From positions 64,001 through 128,000 of the IMG/VR virus record IMGVR_UViG_3300047560_002175: DNA of 64,000 nucleotides; one strand, written 5' to 3'. The translations under genes and the position numbers were made by a program. Shown here one piece after another: positions 35,834 through 47,200 of the stretch. Within the stretch, counting starts at the first letter, position 1; each line of letters starts with the position of its first letter. Below the pieces are notes generated by a model. The model ran no database searches and had not been told where the DNA came from. It worked only from the letters and a program-made list of their open reading frames with translations. Source of the DNA: a virus (taxonomy: Duplodnaviria; Heunggongvirae; Uroviricota; Caudoviricetes).

Positions 35834-36424
35834 TTAGTTTCCTCCGTCTTCATCGTTGCTGTCGTCATAAAAATCATCGTAGAAATCATCGTGCGTTTTA
35901 TGGTCATTGACTGGTTTCTTGTTTTTACATAAATCTTGAATAACATCTACAAGTGATTCGCCTGCTTCAAATCTTTTAGTGTAATGATCGATACTAATTC
36001 GAAACTTACGCGGAGATGGATTGATAAACTCTGCATATTCTGAACAAGCAGCATGTATTCTTCCTAGTCTGCGGTTTAGCTGGTCTCTATTAGTATTGAT
36101 CTGTTTAATAACATCTTCAAGTTTTAACGATCTAAGCAGTGGATGCGATCGATAAACTTCAAATGCAACTTTAGTCTCTCGTTCTGTTTGTTCTTTGTCA
36201 TCTGATACAATTGCATCAAGAAACACATTGTTGATTATTATAAGCCCGTACCATCGTCGGGATGGATAAGCATCTTCAATTAAGTAATATGACCCGCAAG
36301 GTGGATTAGTGCCATCTTCATAATTAGGAGCGTTATCTCCAATATGATATGACCGTAATGCATTGTCAAGTTTTTTGGTTTGCACTTCTACATCTTCTAC
36401 GTAGAAAGAGTCGAACATTCCCAT
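35834..36424 (-). CDS. hypothetical protein
   Basis: MGMFDSF..QTKKLDNAL start; 196 aa. Confidence 0.55.
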   Translation of the reverse strand: MGMFDSFYVEDVEVQTKKLDNALRSYHIGDNAPNYEDGTNPPCGSYYLIEDAYPSRRWYGLIIINNVFLDAIVSDDKEQTERETKVAFEVYRSHPLLRSLKLEDVIKQINTNRDQLNRRLGRIHAACSEYAEFINPSPRKFRISIDHYTKRFEAGESLVDVIQDLCKNKKPVNDHKTHDDFYDDFYDDSNDEDGGN

Positions 36425-36573
36425 TGTATTGTCCTAAAAGTATAAAGTTAAGATTGTAATAATAATTGGTATAGCTATTGACACAGCTAAAATAATGATG
36501 TCGTTTATAAGCATAAATGAACTCCTTATGTTTTGTATATTATATTATAATAAAGTATAAAATGCAAGAAATA

Positions 36574-36598
36574 AAAAAGCCGCATAATGCGGCTTTTT
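36574..36598. terminator. intrinsic terminator
   Basis: AAAAAAGCCGCA-TAA-TGCGGCTTTTT. Confidence 0.8.
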
Positions 36599-36599
36599 A

Positions 36600-37373
36600 T
36601 TAAATGCTTGTACTTTCGATGAATTTTAAAGTTTTAATTAAATTTTGATATTTCTTAGGAGATAAGTAATCTGCCAATGCTATTGAATTGTGTCCTGAAA
36701 CATATTGAGATAAGTTACTTGTACTACTCATATCTTTAATGTCGTTTTCTATGTACTTGTTGTTTATCTTAACTATTGTACCAGTAGTTGATTTAATATC
36801 TACTAAATTACGACCAATATGCACATCAGTTGGCGCAGCACCTATTTTTTGAGCAAATTGAATTAATTCTATTGCAGCCTTAGGTTTAATAATATAACCA
36901 TAAGCACCCCACACAAATTCACCAACGCCGTGCCATGTACCTTTAGCAGGTGGGTCATAAACATCTATAGGTTGATTTATACTACTATGTACTTTATTTG
37001 TGTAATCAGCAATAAACGGATCGTATGGATCTAATTTTAAAACCCCATCAAACTTTTCTAATATGTTATCAGGTACATCACGAATAAAAATTCCATCGTG
37101 TTCTAGAATAATAATAGGTTCATTTAGTTTTACACATTTAATCCATAATTCAAAATGACTTAAAAAGCATCCTTGATGTCCTGGATTATCGATAAGATCT
37201 CGTGTTAAGAATCTAGTAATATTATATTCTTTAAACTTACTAGCAGAGTTATATCCTAATACACCTGGGTGTACTTCAATATCAATATTATGAAAACGAG
37301 CAGCCGCAATTGATTCCTCACCAATTGCGCGGCTGTGTTCACATTCTTGTAAAATGATTACAAATGCTTTCAT
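36600..37373 (-). CDS. glycosyltransferase family 25
   Basis: start 37373 MKAFVII; GHQGCFLSHFELW, IIILEHDG, GAYGYIIKP, PTD. Confidence 0.85.
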   Translation of the reverse strand: MKAFVIILQECEHSRAIGEESIAAARFHNIDIEVHPGVLGYNSASKFKEYNITRFLTRDLIDNPGHQGCFLSHFELWIKCVKLNEPIIILEHDGIFIRDVPDNILEKFDGVLKLDPYDPFIADYTNKVHSSINQPIDVYDPPAKGTWHGVGEFVWGAYGYIIKPKAAIELIQFAQKIGAAPTDVHIGRNLVDIKSTTGTIVKINNKYIENDIKDMSSTSNLSQYVSGHNSIALADYLSPKKYQNLIKTLKFIESTSI

Positions 37374-37374
37374 A

Positions 37375-40071
37375 TTAAATCTTTGTATAACCCCAAGAAA
37401 CAGATTGAGATGAACCGCTGGTATTATTGATAACGAATTCAAAAACGTTTGAAGGAGTACCACGAGTAGAGCTATCTCTAACTATAGTACCTGCAGTTCC
37501 TACAAGTTGAGTAGGTAACGTGGTAAAATCTAACAAAGATCCTGCACCACTATACACATACGCAAACTGTTGTCCTAATGCAGGTAGGTTAGCGTTAGTT
37601 ATTGTCGCAGTAGCATTCCATGAAATAACCCCATTGTTTACTATTCCTTTAACCCACATAGTGTAAGTACCATTTACTGGAACTTGAAAACTTACAGTAT
37701 TACTACCGGTAGTCAATGTCCATGACCCTTCATTACGTAAATCAGTTCTATATGTTAGCTCTTTAGTAGTAGTATCATAGGTTACAAAATTATTATAGTT
37801 TACGTTTCTAACTGGGTCTACAAAGAATCCTGATTCAGAACTAGATAAATCTACTCCAGACGCATTAAGAATAATACTGTTAGCATGCTGACTAACTGGT
37901 CCTGCATGGAAACCAATCGCAATAGCATTAGCTCCTTGACTGGTATTACCGGCATACGCACCAATAGCAATAGCATTAGATCCTTGAGTATTATGTCCTG
38001 TAAGTACACCAATAGCAATAGCGTAATTACCTTGGTTGAGACCACCTGCACCAGACCCTAAGCCTACAGCATAATTACCTTGGTTTTGTCTGCCTGCTTG
38101 ATTACCGATAGCAACAGGGTCATTAGTAATCTGGCTATATTTACCTGCTTCCCAACCGAATCTAATTGCTGAAGCAAGATTTCCAGTCCATGCAGTAGTT
38201 TGTATAGTTGCATCTGGAAAGGTTAAAGTACCGTTTGTTCCAAATGTAAAATCGTTCTCAGTGTAAGTTGAGAAGTTTGGAGGACTTGCCATTGACAGAT
38301 ATCTTGTACGAATTACTAAATTCTCTTCAGTAGTTGTTTGGATAATTTCCGGAACTTGTAGTTTTCCATTACCAAGTACTGATAACGAATTAGTACCAGC
38401 AGTTATGCTAACACTCGATAATAATAATTGGTGATCAGCATAAAAATCAAGTATAGTAGTTAATGCCGTTAAAATTTGAGTATGCATATTTGCTGAAATA
38501 GCAGGGTAAAACAATAACGGAGCAGGTGGGCTTGATGGTATGTCGTTTTGAATTTCCCATGCTTGATTAACAATATTAATATAGGATTGAGCATTAGTTC
38601 CATTTACATTATCCCAACCTGCAAATGGCCAACCTTCAAGTGTTATACTTGGGTTATTATCAATTGCATATACAAATTCATTTATTCTCATGTTTTCCCA
38701 TGTAGCAATTGCATGAGTGTACTTAATATCTGCATCAGCAATCTCTGAACCAGTGGTTGGTTCAATAACGCTATTGTTTGGTAAAATCAATGAACCAGTA
38801 GTTGAAAGAGTTAATTGATGATAATTTGATTCAAGTGTGATATGTCCAGGAGCAGTTCCAGATCCAGCTGTAATGCGAATATTACCGCCATTTGTTACTG
38901 AATTACCTGCAGATAATGTTATATCCCCACCTGTAGTATGTCCATAACCACCATCAATGTTAACATAACCTCCACTGCCGGATACATCGCTATCGCCTGC
39001 ATAGATTTTAATATCCCCACCATTTACATCTGAATCCCCACCCCATATATAAACATCGCCGCCTTCACCTGAACCAGTTCCGCGTTGGCCTTGCACAATT
39101 ATGCGTTGCGCAGATGACCCAGATGCAGGAGTTGGGCCTGTGATAATAACTTGCTTTGTTGGATCATCAAACTTTAAAACTTGTCCGCTTTGCACTCCAC
39201 CGTTATGTAAATCTACAGATAATGTTGGGAATGTTGTAGTACCAGTTGAGTTAAATTCCCATGTATTAGAACTTACATTTATAATTAAACTATCTGCAGC
39301 TACTCGTTCTTGCCAGATACTATAGCTAATTGTTACCTCGTGTGCTATTGGTGCTGCTGATGGACTGATTGTATCTGGGGGAAGTTGAAGTATTTCGTTA
39401 TATGTTAGATGACTTACTGGTAATGTGATACCCCATGGATATCCTGGTAATGAAGAAAACTCATAAAATAGTGCTTCTAATTCAACAAGAGCATTTACGT
39501 AAACTGATTCTAATTGTGATAACTCATTACCGGTATCTAAAATAATTCTACGAGCAGCTGATAATTCAACATCTCCGGATATTTGCATGTTTAAAGTTGA
39601 ATCACCGTTAGTGATTGCACCTGGTACAGTTAATGTGCCATTGTTATCAAATGCCCAAGTATGTAATGCAGGATTGTATGTATTAATTACAACTGAAGAA
39701 TAACTTGATAATGCAATTGGACTATCTTCAACACCAATTAATTCACTACCGTCAATTTGTAGTTGTGTATCATTTTTTACAGGAAAACTAATAGTGCCAT
39801 TTGTATTTAATGTTACTGTATAGTTACCATTAATCATTTCGTTAGTAAACCCTGCAGGACCTTGAGGTCCAGTAGCACCAGTAGCGCCAGTTAAACCAGT
39901 AGCACCTGTATCTCCAATAAAGAAGCTTAAATTAGACCATTGAGAGGTTCCGTTACCTATTTTAATTTTATGTAAAGTGGTATCTAATCCAAGTTCTCCT
40001 TGACTTAGAATAGGATTTACTGAATTCCAATTTGCAGTAGTATCCCTTCTTATTTGTATTTTATTTGCCAT
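37375..40071 (-). CDS. tail fibre/adhesin protein (Mtd-type N-terminus, short collagen segment, YadA-like head repeats)
   Basis: KIQIRRDTTANWNSVNPILSQGELG; [10 protein letters not shown]; repeated AIAIG..AG motifs. Confidence 0.75.
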   Translation of the reverse strand: MANKIQIRRDTTANWNSVNPILSQGELGLDTTLHKIKIGNGTSQWSNLSFFIGDTGATGLTGATGATGPQGPAGFTNEMINGNYTVTLNTNGTISFPVKNDTQLQIDGSELIGVEDSPIALSSYSSVVINTYNPALHTWAFDNNGTLTVPGAITNGDSTLNMQISGDVELSAARRIILDTGNELSQLESVYVNALVELEALFYEFSSLPGYPWGITLPVSHLTYNEILQLPPDTISPSAAPIAHEVTISYSIWQERVAADSLIINVSSNTWEFNSTGTTTFPTLSVDLHNGGVQSGQVLKFDDPTKQVIITGPTPASGSSAQRIIVQGQRGTGSGEGGDVYIWGGDSDVNGGDIKIYAGDSDVSGSGGYVNIDGGYGHTTGGDITLSAGNSVTNGGNIRITAGSGTAPGHITLESNYHQLTLSTTGSLILPNNSVIEPTTGSEIADADIKYTHAIATWENMRINEFVYAIDNNPSITLEGWPFAGWDNVNGTNAQSYINIVNQAWEIQNDIPSSPPAPLLFYPAISANMHTQILTALTTILDFYADHQLLLSSVSITAGTNSLSVLGNGKLQVPEIIQTTTEENLVIRTRYLSMASPPNFSTYTENDFTFGTNGTLTFPDATIQTTAWTGNLASAIRFGWEAGKYSQITNDPVAIGNQAGRQNQGNYAVGLGSGAGGLNQGNYAIAIGVLTGHNTQGSNAIAIGAYAGNTSQGANAIAIGFHAGPVSQHANSIILNASGVDLSSSESGFFVDPVRNVNYNNFVTYDTTTKELTYRTDLRNEGSWTLTTGSNTVSFQVPVNGTYTMWVKGIVNNGVISWNATATITNANLPALGQQFAYVYSGAGSLLDFTTLPTQLVGTAGTIVRDSSTRGTPSNVFEFVINNTSGSSQSVSWGYTKI

Positions 40072-40430
40072 TATGCGGCTCCTCCGTTGATTAGCATATC
40101 TGTGAATGTGTCTGTAGTAGCGTCACCGCCAGTAAAAGTTGGATCCTCAAATATTGTAGACGCGAAACCGCCATCTACAAGTGAACTTGTATTATATAAA
40201 TTAAGTGCATTATCTGGGTCGTTATAAGTAGCTGTGAGACCAAACAGAGTCCCATTGGAAATCATAGCTGCTATAGTGTCTTGTATAAGTTCTTGAAGAG
40301 TGGTACTTGAACCACCTGTGATTTCGTACAATTCTGCAAAGTTAGCGTTAACTTTGTTAAAAGCGGCTTGTAAAGTATCGCCGCTTTTATCATTTGGAAA
40401 TGTACCTGTGTTTATTATTAATCTTGACAT
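40071..40430 (-). CDS. baseplate/fibre-attachment protein with a gp9/gp10-like N-terminal motif
   Basis: IINTGTFPNDKSGDTLQAAFNKVNANFAELY. Confidence 0.7.
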   Translation of the reverse strand: MSRLIINTGTFPNDKSGDTLQAAFNKVNANFAELYEITGGSSTTLQELIQDTIAAMISNGTLFGLTATYNDPDNALNLYNTSSLVDGGFASTIFEDPTFTGGDATTDTFTDMLINGGAA

Positions 40431-40487
40431 ATTAGATCCTCGTTCTAATATTTATCGTAAAACGAGGATCAATACTGATTGATAATA

Positions 40488-43400
40488 TTATGCTTGTGCT
40501 TCTGACCAGCACAACCGTGCTGCTACACTAGCGTTAGCACCCAATGGAGTAACACAAATTGTAAGAATATCTGGACCATCTGGGTAAGTGTTTGATGCAG
40601 TTGGTGAAACAAATAGTGTATTACCACCACCAAACATACTGTTACCAATATCACGTACTTTTGATAAGTCTTGTGAACTAACACCACCAGCTGGAGCAAA
40701 GAATGTAAAGATACATTCACCACCTGTAACAGTAGCTGCAGTTGAATGCGATGCATATTGTGCTAAACTTGAACCACCTACAGGGTTAAATGTTCCATTT
40801 GAAACCCTTGCGTTAATGAATAATTCAACTTTAACACCAGATGTTGTTACATATACACCCATTGACGCTGGAGCAAGCTGCATACGGTTGATAATTTCTC
40901 TAGCTCCTAAAATACCAGTGAAACCACTATCAACACTTGGTGATAAACGAACACTGAATACAGGATATCTAACACCAACGTTTGCATAAACTACTGGAGT
41001 TTGTAAACCATAGTTAAACAAGAACGATTTATCATCGTCGTATCTACCATCCATCATTACAGCAGAACCCCAGTGACTGATTGAGCTTGCAACTTGTGGA
41101 GCATAAACTGATACCATAACTGGTGCAGTTGCACTATATGTAAATGTTTGTGCAGAAGATAAACCACCACCGCCTGTTAAACCGCCAGGACCTGTTAAGT
41201 TAACTCTTGCGCGTGTTAAACCAGTAAAGGTAGTAGCTGTTTTACCTGTATATTGAACAAATTCAGTAACAGCAGAAACAGTTGTTCCTGAAGCTTGAAT
41301 ACAAATATACCCTGCAGGTGGGAAACCTTCAGTTGACAACACATTGATAGTTGTTGTTTCAACGTTTGAAACAGTTTGTGTTATTCTTGTGTATGGCCAG
41401 TATGTGTTAGCTTCATAACGAGCTGGTAAGTTACCAGAACGCATGTAAGCTTCAGACATAGCGTTACCATGTGCCAAACGATGAGCATACATAGCTTCAC
41501 CACGGTGGTTTTTAAAGCCCCAACGAATTGGACCTGCACCGTACCATGTATAATCCATTAACCACATTTGCATTTTAGTAATATCTAAGTTGAAACCACT
41601 TGATCCTGTTCCGTCACATTTATCAATGTTCCATTGACTTTGTGGAATTTTAGTATCGATTGTTTTACTAACAACAACAAGTGTAGGAGTATAAATTGGA
41701 GTACCACGATACTCAGGATAAATTGTCATAGATGTTTGTGACTCGATACTAACAACTGTATGAGATTGTCCTCTGATAACAACAAAATCACCTGGTATTA
41801 ATTGTTCTGCCCATTTTGTTCCTGTACCTGTACAACGTTGTTCACCTGTGAACAATGTAGTGATATAACCTGAGATTTGAGTAGTACTTGATCTACGAAC
41901 TGCAAATACTGTTTGACCATCATATTGGAAGAAGAAACCATTTTGTGTATCAAACATACCAATTCTTAAACTTGCACCGTACCATTGATATGGTTGAACT
42001 ACAATATTCATACCACCAAGACCGCCAGTTGCAGGTGAAGCACTTGGGGCAACTAATGCAATATAAGTAAATGTTAAATCACTTGCTGGTTGCGCACTAA
42101 CTGTAAATGTACCATTGTAATCAGCTTGATCACAACCTGAAACTTTAATTGTTGCACCTTGACCTAAGTTGTGTGGCAATTTAGTTGTTACAGTAACAGT
42201 AGTACCTGATGCAGTAATTGTATCAACTTGGAATGGGTTACAGAAGTTTGTACCAGTGTTAAATGAAATACCTTTACCAGATTGGTATCTGAAATAACGA
42301 CGTGTTTGGCGAATTAATTGGTTGCCATGATATGGTAAACCAACACCAAATTGAACACCGCCGTCAAATGGTCTATGAATACTTGAACCCCATGATCTTG
42401 CAAATAAGATAGAACCAGAATGTGAAAGGGTTAATGATGAAACTGATGCAGATGTTGTATAACCCGAACCTGCGGCAAAAATACCAACTTGGAGAATACC
42501 ACCAGTGGTTGTTGTTGCTAATACTTTAACAAACCCGTTAGTTCCACCTGGTACAGATAAAATATCATTAACGTTGTATAATGAACCAGCAGTTACTACA
42601 GATGCTGAAATTAAAGCACCACTAGTTGCAACTGTTGAAAGAACTAAACCAGAACCTGGAGGTGTAATTGTAAGTGAACCTGGGGCATTGATTACATCAA
42701 ATGTAAATGTTACTGCATTTAATACAGTTTTTACAAACCATGAACCGTTCATGTTTGTATTACCAGTGTTAACTACAAAGATAGCTGAACCAACGGTTAA
42801 ACCATGTGGCATTGTAGTAATACATTGTACGTTAGTACCGGATGGGCAATAAAACCCTTTAGTTGTATCAGCAGCACCAGCAGTAATAGTAATACCTGCT
42901 CCGGTATAGAATGTACCAACAAACATGTAAGTTTTTGTACTATCATATATGTTTGTAATAACAGGAATACTGCCATCACGAGCCAGGTAAGTAAACGCTG
43001 TTGGTGCAGAACCGCTTAATGATGGAGCTGCGGTTGGAATAATCCAGCCGTTTGCTACCGGGTAAATTGCATCTTGAACAAATATTGGAGTACTTGCAGT
43101 AATTGGGAAACCTAATTGCATTGTATAAGTTGTTGTAGCACCTGCAGTACCTGATACTGTTATTGTATATACGTTAGCAACTGGACCAGTTACACTCGTA
43201 ACAGTTGAACCAACAGCAATAGAACTACCACCATTGTTTAATACTTGCATACCAACTATTGGCGCCATGTTTGGACTTGTAATTGTTAAAATGTTGGTAT
43301 TAACAGTAGCACTAAAAGTACCGGTAACATACATTAAGTTTACAGTTACAACTCGAGAACCACCACCTGTTGGAATCATACTAACAATACCAACAGGTGC

Positions 43401-43841
43401 AGTATAATCGTAAAATGCTGATAAACGATTATTCATTAAACCAACTGTTTCCCATTTGGTTTGTTGAACACCATATTCAAAGTCAGTATCAATTAATGAT
43501 TGAGCAGTACTGGTACGTAATTTCCCAATTGGATCTTGCAGTACTTCTGAAGGTTGAAATGATTCGTTTGTTTCTTCAATTAAAATTGATAATTTATCAG
43601 TGCTACTCATTGAAGTAGTATTATAAGTTAATACAATGGTAGTAGCTTCGTTATTAGCAATAATCGAAGGTGTATATGCCGATGCAGTTAATGAGCTGTC
43701 GGCAAAGTTATAGATCACAGTGTTAGTAGTAACGTTTGTGATCAAGATTAGCTGTTCTCTACGTAAATAGCGGCCAGTAATTGAAACTGTACGGCTCGCA
43801 GGAGTAAAGGTATAAGCTTCTAAAAGAATTCTTTTTGCCAT
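40488..43841 (-). CDS. large virion structural/tail-associated protein
   Basis: 1117 aa, Thr/Gly-rich beta character, GTGTKW..GD motif, located in the fibre operon. Confidence 0.7.
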   Translation of the reverse strand: MAKRILLEAYTFTPASRTVSITGRYLRREQLILITNVTTNTVIYNFADSSLTASAYTPSIIANNEATTIVLTYNTTSMSSTDKLSILIEETNESFQPSEVLQDPIGKLRTSTAQSLIDTDFEYGVQQTKWETVGLMNNRLSAFYDYTAPVGIVSMIPTGGGSRVVTVNLMYVTGTFSATVNTNILTITSPNMAPIVGMQVLNNGGSSIAVGSTVTSVTGPVANVYTITVSGTAGATTTYTMQLGFPITASTPIFVQDAIYPVANGWIIPTAAPSLSGSAPTAFTYLARDGSIPVITNIYDSTKTYMFVGTFYTGAGITITAGAADTTKGFYCPSGTNVQCITTMPHGLTVGSAIFVVNTGNTNMNGSWFVKTVLNAVTFTFDVINAPGSLTITPPGSGLVLSTVATSGALISASVVTAGSLYNVNDILSVPGGTNGFVKVLATTTTGGILQVGIFAAGSGYTTSASVSSLTLSHSGSILFARSWGSSIHRPFDGGVQFGVGLPYHGNQLIRQTRRYFRYQSGKGISFNTGTNFCNPFQVDTITASGTTVTVTTKLPHNLGQGATIKVSGCDQADYNGTFTVSAQPASDLTFTYIALVAPSASPATGGLGGMNIVVQPYQWYGASLRIGMFDTQNGFFFQYDGQTVFAVRRSSTTQISGYITTLFTGEQRCTGTGTKWAEQLIPGDFVVIRGQSHTVVSIESQTSMTIYPEYRGTPIYTPTLVVVSKTIDTKIPQSQWNIDKCDGTGSSGFNLDITKMQMWLMDYTWYGAGPIRWGFKNHRGEAMYAHRLAHGNAMSEAYMRSGNLPARYEANTYWPYTRITQTVSNVETTTINVLSTEGFPPAGYICIQASGTTVSAVTEFVQYTGKTATTFTGLTRARVNLTGPGGLTGGGGLSSAQTFTYSATAPVMVSVYAPQVASSISHWGSAVMMDGRYDDDKSFLFNYGLQTPVVYANVGVRYPVFSVRLSPSVDSGFTGILGAREIINRMQLAPASMGVYVTTSGVKVELFINARVSNGTFNPVGGSSLAQYASHSTAATVTGGECIFTFFAPAGGVSSQDLSKVRDIGNSMFGGGNTLFVSPTASNTYPDGPDILTICVTPLGANASVAARLCWSEAQA

Positions 43842-43853
43842 TTGTATGTCCTA

Positions 43854-44198
43854 TTATTTTGGTTTTGTAGATGTCGTTGTTGTAGTTTTTTCTTCAACTG
43901 GAGCAGCTTCTTCAACTGGAGCAGCTTCTTCAACTACAGGATCAGTTTCTTCAACTGGAGCAGTTTCACTGACTGGAGCACCTGGGACATCGATCAACCA
44001 TTCAAACCCATTAACATTAACATCGTGTTGAACTGCAAAAATAATTTTGCCTTGGTAATTTAAAATGTGGCAATCTCCACCAGTTAATCGAGCACTACGA
44101 TCCATTGCGTCTGCTAACGATAACCCAACTACTTCGTAAAAGTGCGTGTGGTTAGGAAATGCAGCATTTAATTCGTCAAACATAATTTTTATCCTCAT
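43854..44198 (-). CDS. hypothetical protein with C-terminal PVEE repeats
   Basis: APVSET-APVEET-PVVEE-AAPVEE-AAPVEE. Confidence 0.55.
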   Translation of the reverse strand: MRIKIMFDELNAAFPNHTHFYEVVGLSLADAMDRSARLTGGDCHILNYQGKIIFAVQHDVNVNGFEWLIDVPGAPVSETAPVEETDPVVEEAAPVEEAAPVEEKTTTTTSTKPK

Positions 44199-44219
44199 AT
44201 ATTTTGTAATAGTATTTAG

Positions 44220-47200
44220 CTAATTCCAGAATTGAATAGTTTCTTTTTTCTGGGTGCTAACTCCGTCCCCGTTCATGATTGTATGGTAATTTGATGTAAT
44301 AAACTTGTCAACTCGTCCTCTACTATCTATCATAATACGGGTCATATCGTTAAATCTAATTTTAGTTCCGATACCTTTTTCTGCTACTGTTTCAACTTTA
44401 GGTGCAAGTACAGTATTTAAGAAACTGTTATCAGCTCTTATAATATTATATTTTACTCCAGTGTTAACAGTAAACTTATTGATATCACTTGTTAATTTAA
44501 CAACTTGTTTTGATAACGTACTCCAAATTGGTGATTCAAATACTGGAATACTTCTCGATTTAAATATATTTATTCTAGGAGTTCTATTATTGTTAGTAAA
44601 TGTAGAAACAGATTGATTAACTGTTTTACCCCATACAAAGAACATACCTGATGTACTTGGTAAATCATATGGATTCTTAATAATCACCGAATCAGCTGAT
44701 ACAGATTCAATTGAGAATATTCTATCATACCCTGAGTTAGGTTGTAATATTCTAATATACCTACTGTCAATTGTCATTGGTATAGGGTTAATATACAATG
44801 TAACGTATGCTGCTGACGAATCAATTATTGAAAGTATATCATTGCGTTCTTCAAATGCATACCACTCTGCAATTGTTGGTAACGTACTTCTTCCATTTAT
44901 ACCGTTTACATAAATTGGCACATTTGACCATGATAGATAAGATGAAACAGTAGTTGATTCTACTTCTTTACTAACATAACTTTCAATAGAAGTTAGTTTA
45001 GTTGCTGATACTACTTTACTAACTGTAAACTTATTAGGTTCACCTTTAGCGTTATAAGTAATTGCAGTTGAGTTAACAGTAAACTTGTTTGGCTCACCTC
45101 GAATACCTGTTTTAGGTAATGTTACTGAACTCAATGAATTGTTATTTCTTAACTCTCCAACATTATGGAATAATGCTTTATTAAGTGGTTTAATTCTTGA
45201 ATAATACAAATTCTCTTTAGGTGATACAGGCGGTGCAATAGTTACTACTAAATCCTGTGGATAGATTGACGATACTGCTTTTTCAATATATAAATTATCG
45301 GTTACATATAAATCAGTAGGTTGTGGAATTGTTATTGAATTTGTAGTACCTGCAATTACTGTAACATATATCGAATATGGGTAATTTGTTATTTTAACCA
45401 AACTTCCTGTTGGGAATGGTACAAATGTTTGTGCATCAAAATATAATGTTTTAACAGTATTAACACCAGTTAAGTAATGTAGTATATCGTTTTCGTTTGC
45501 ATACCAATTTGCAGTATCTGTAGAAGTCGTAGTAGTATCAACACTTTGTAAACTTACTCTTATTTTAAAATCACCTGGGATAGTATCTGCAGGGAACACT
45601 TCTAATCGATCAGTTTTTGAAACACCAATAGCACCAAGTGATACTGAATTATAGAAAGATACCCCTCGTAAGTTTGGTTGGTTTTCCGCAGCAAATAAGT
45701 TTTCTCTTGGTAATGTTGACTGCCGTATAATACCTTGTGGCATTAAGACTGATGATGCATAGTCTTTAGAATATACAGGAGACGTTACACTAACAATTCT
45801 AATTGGCCCTTTTGGAAAATTAGGAATTGAATTTATTGTAATTGAAAACAAAGTAGAATCAATTACTTCAACTACTTCGCTAAAACTACCATCTACTTGT
45901 TCAATTTTAACAAAATGTCCAGTATAGAAACGCTTATCAACACCTTCAAATGCAAAGAACAATGTTCTCGTTGTTCCAACATTATCAACTACTTCTGAGA
46001 TTACATTAGTATATTCAAATATCAACCAATCAATAATACTTGATTTTGATTCATTGAAAAGATTAACTGAAACATTAGTTGGTACGTTGTAATAGTTGTT
46101 TAATGATGCAGGATCTGGTTTAATTCTTAAATCAAATAATGCTTCGTTTGGTGCTGATAATCTAACACCAATACCTAAATTAACAATACCAGTTGGGAAG
46201 TAAATTGGGAACATATTTGGATTAGCAGTAACAGATTCGTTACGACCAAACTTCAATGTTGGTAACTGATCAGCAAGTCGTTTGTTATCAGTTGATTTAC
46301 CATATTTCCCAGATGCCATAGTTGCATAAAACAGATTCTCGCTTGGAGTACTTGGTTTAGTATTAACTATAACAGTTCTTTGATCAGTTGTTGATATTAT
46401 AATGTTTGATAATATGTTAGAAAGATCAGGTTTTACTACAAACTTAGATGTAGAAAAATTAACTTTTGGTGATTCAAGTATTACATTATTAGGTACTGTG
46501 AATCGATCAACTTTATTAGTTTTTAAAATAGCTTGATCAGCTGTTAATTTCAGTAATTGCGATACTGGGTTTGAAACTGGTGTTTCTGTAGTAGTATAGC
46601 TTGCTGATTTAAACTTAGAAATACTGTAGATATTATTATTGTCTGTATAACTAACAGTTGCATCAACTGAATCAAAGCCCCATTGCATAAACATGTTAGA
46701 AATACTTGGAAAATCAATCGGTTTAACAATTGTAATTGAGTTTGCAGTATTTGAAATTAATGTTACAGTTTGAGAATATCCAGTGTCTTTTATCAATCGA
46801 ACTGAAATATTATTGTATATAGTTGGCATAAAGATGTCGGTAAAATACAATGTAATATTTGGCGATGATAAGTTTGTTGTTGTTAATTTATCAAATTCAA
46901 ATGCATACCATGCTGCAGTATTTGCAGAATTAGAATTTGTACCAATTATAGCAACTGGTGTATTCCATTTAATAACAGGTGTAGTTACAATTGATTTAAC
47001 TTCTCTTGATGCATATGATTTATCGCTTGCAAGTTTAAATAATTGCTGTCTGATATCACCTTTTGATGTTGAAACACTATTTGTTGTTGTGGCTGCATTA
47101 TAAGTCTTAGCAGAACGTAATACTGGACTTATTAACCCATAGAACAAGTTTTCTCTTGCATTAACCGGCGGACGAGTAGCATCAAATACCAATGATTGTG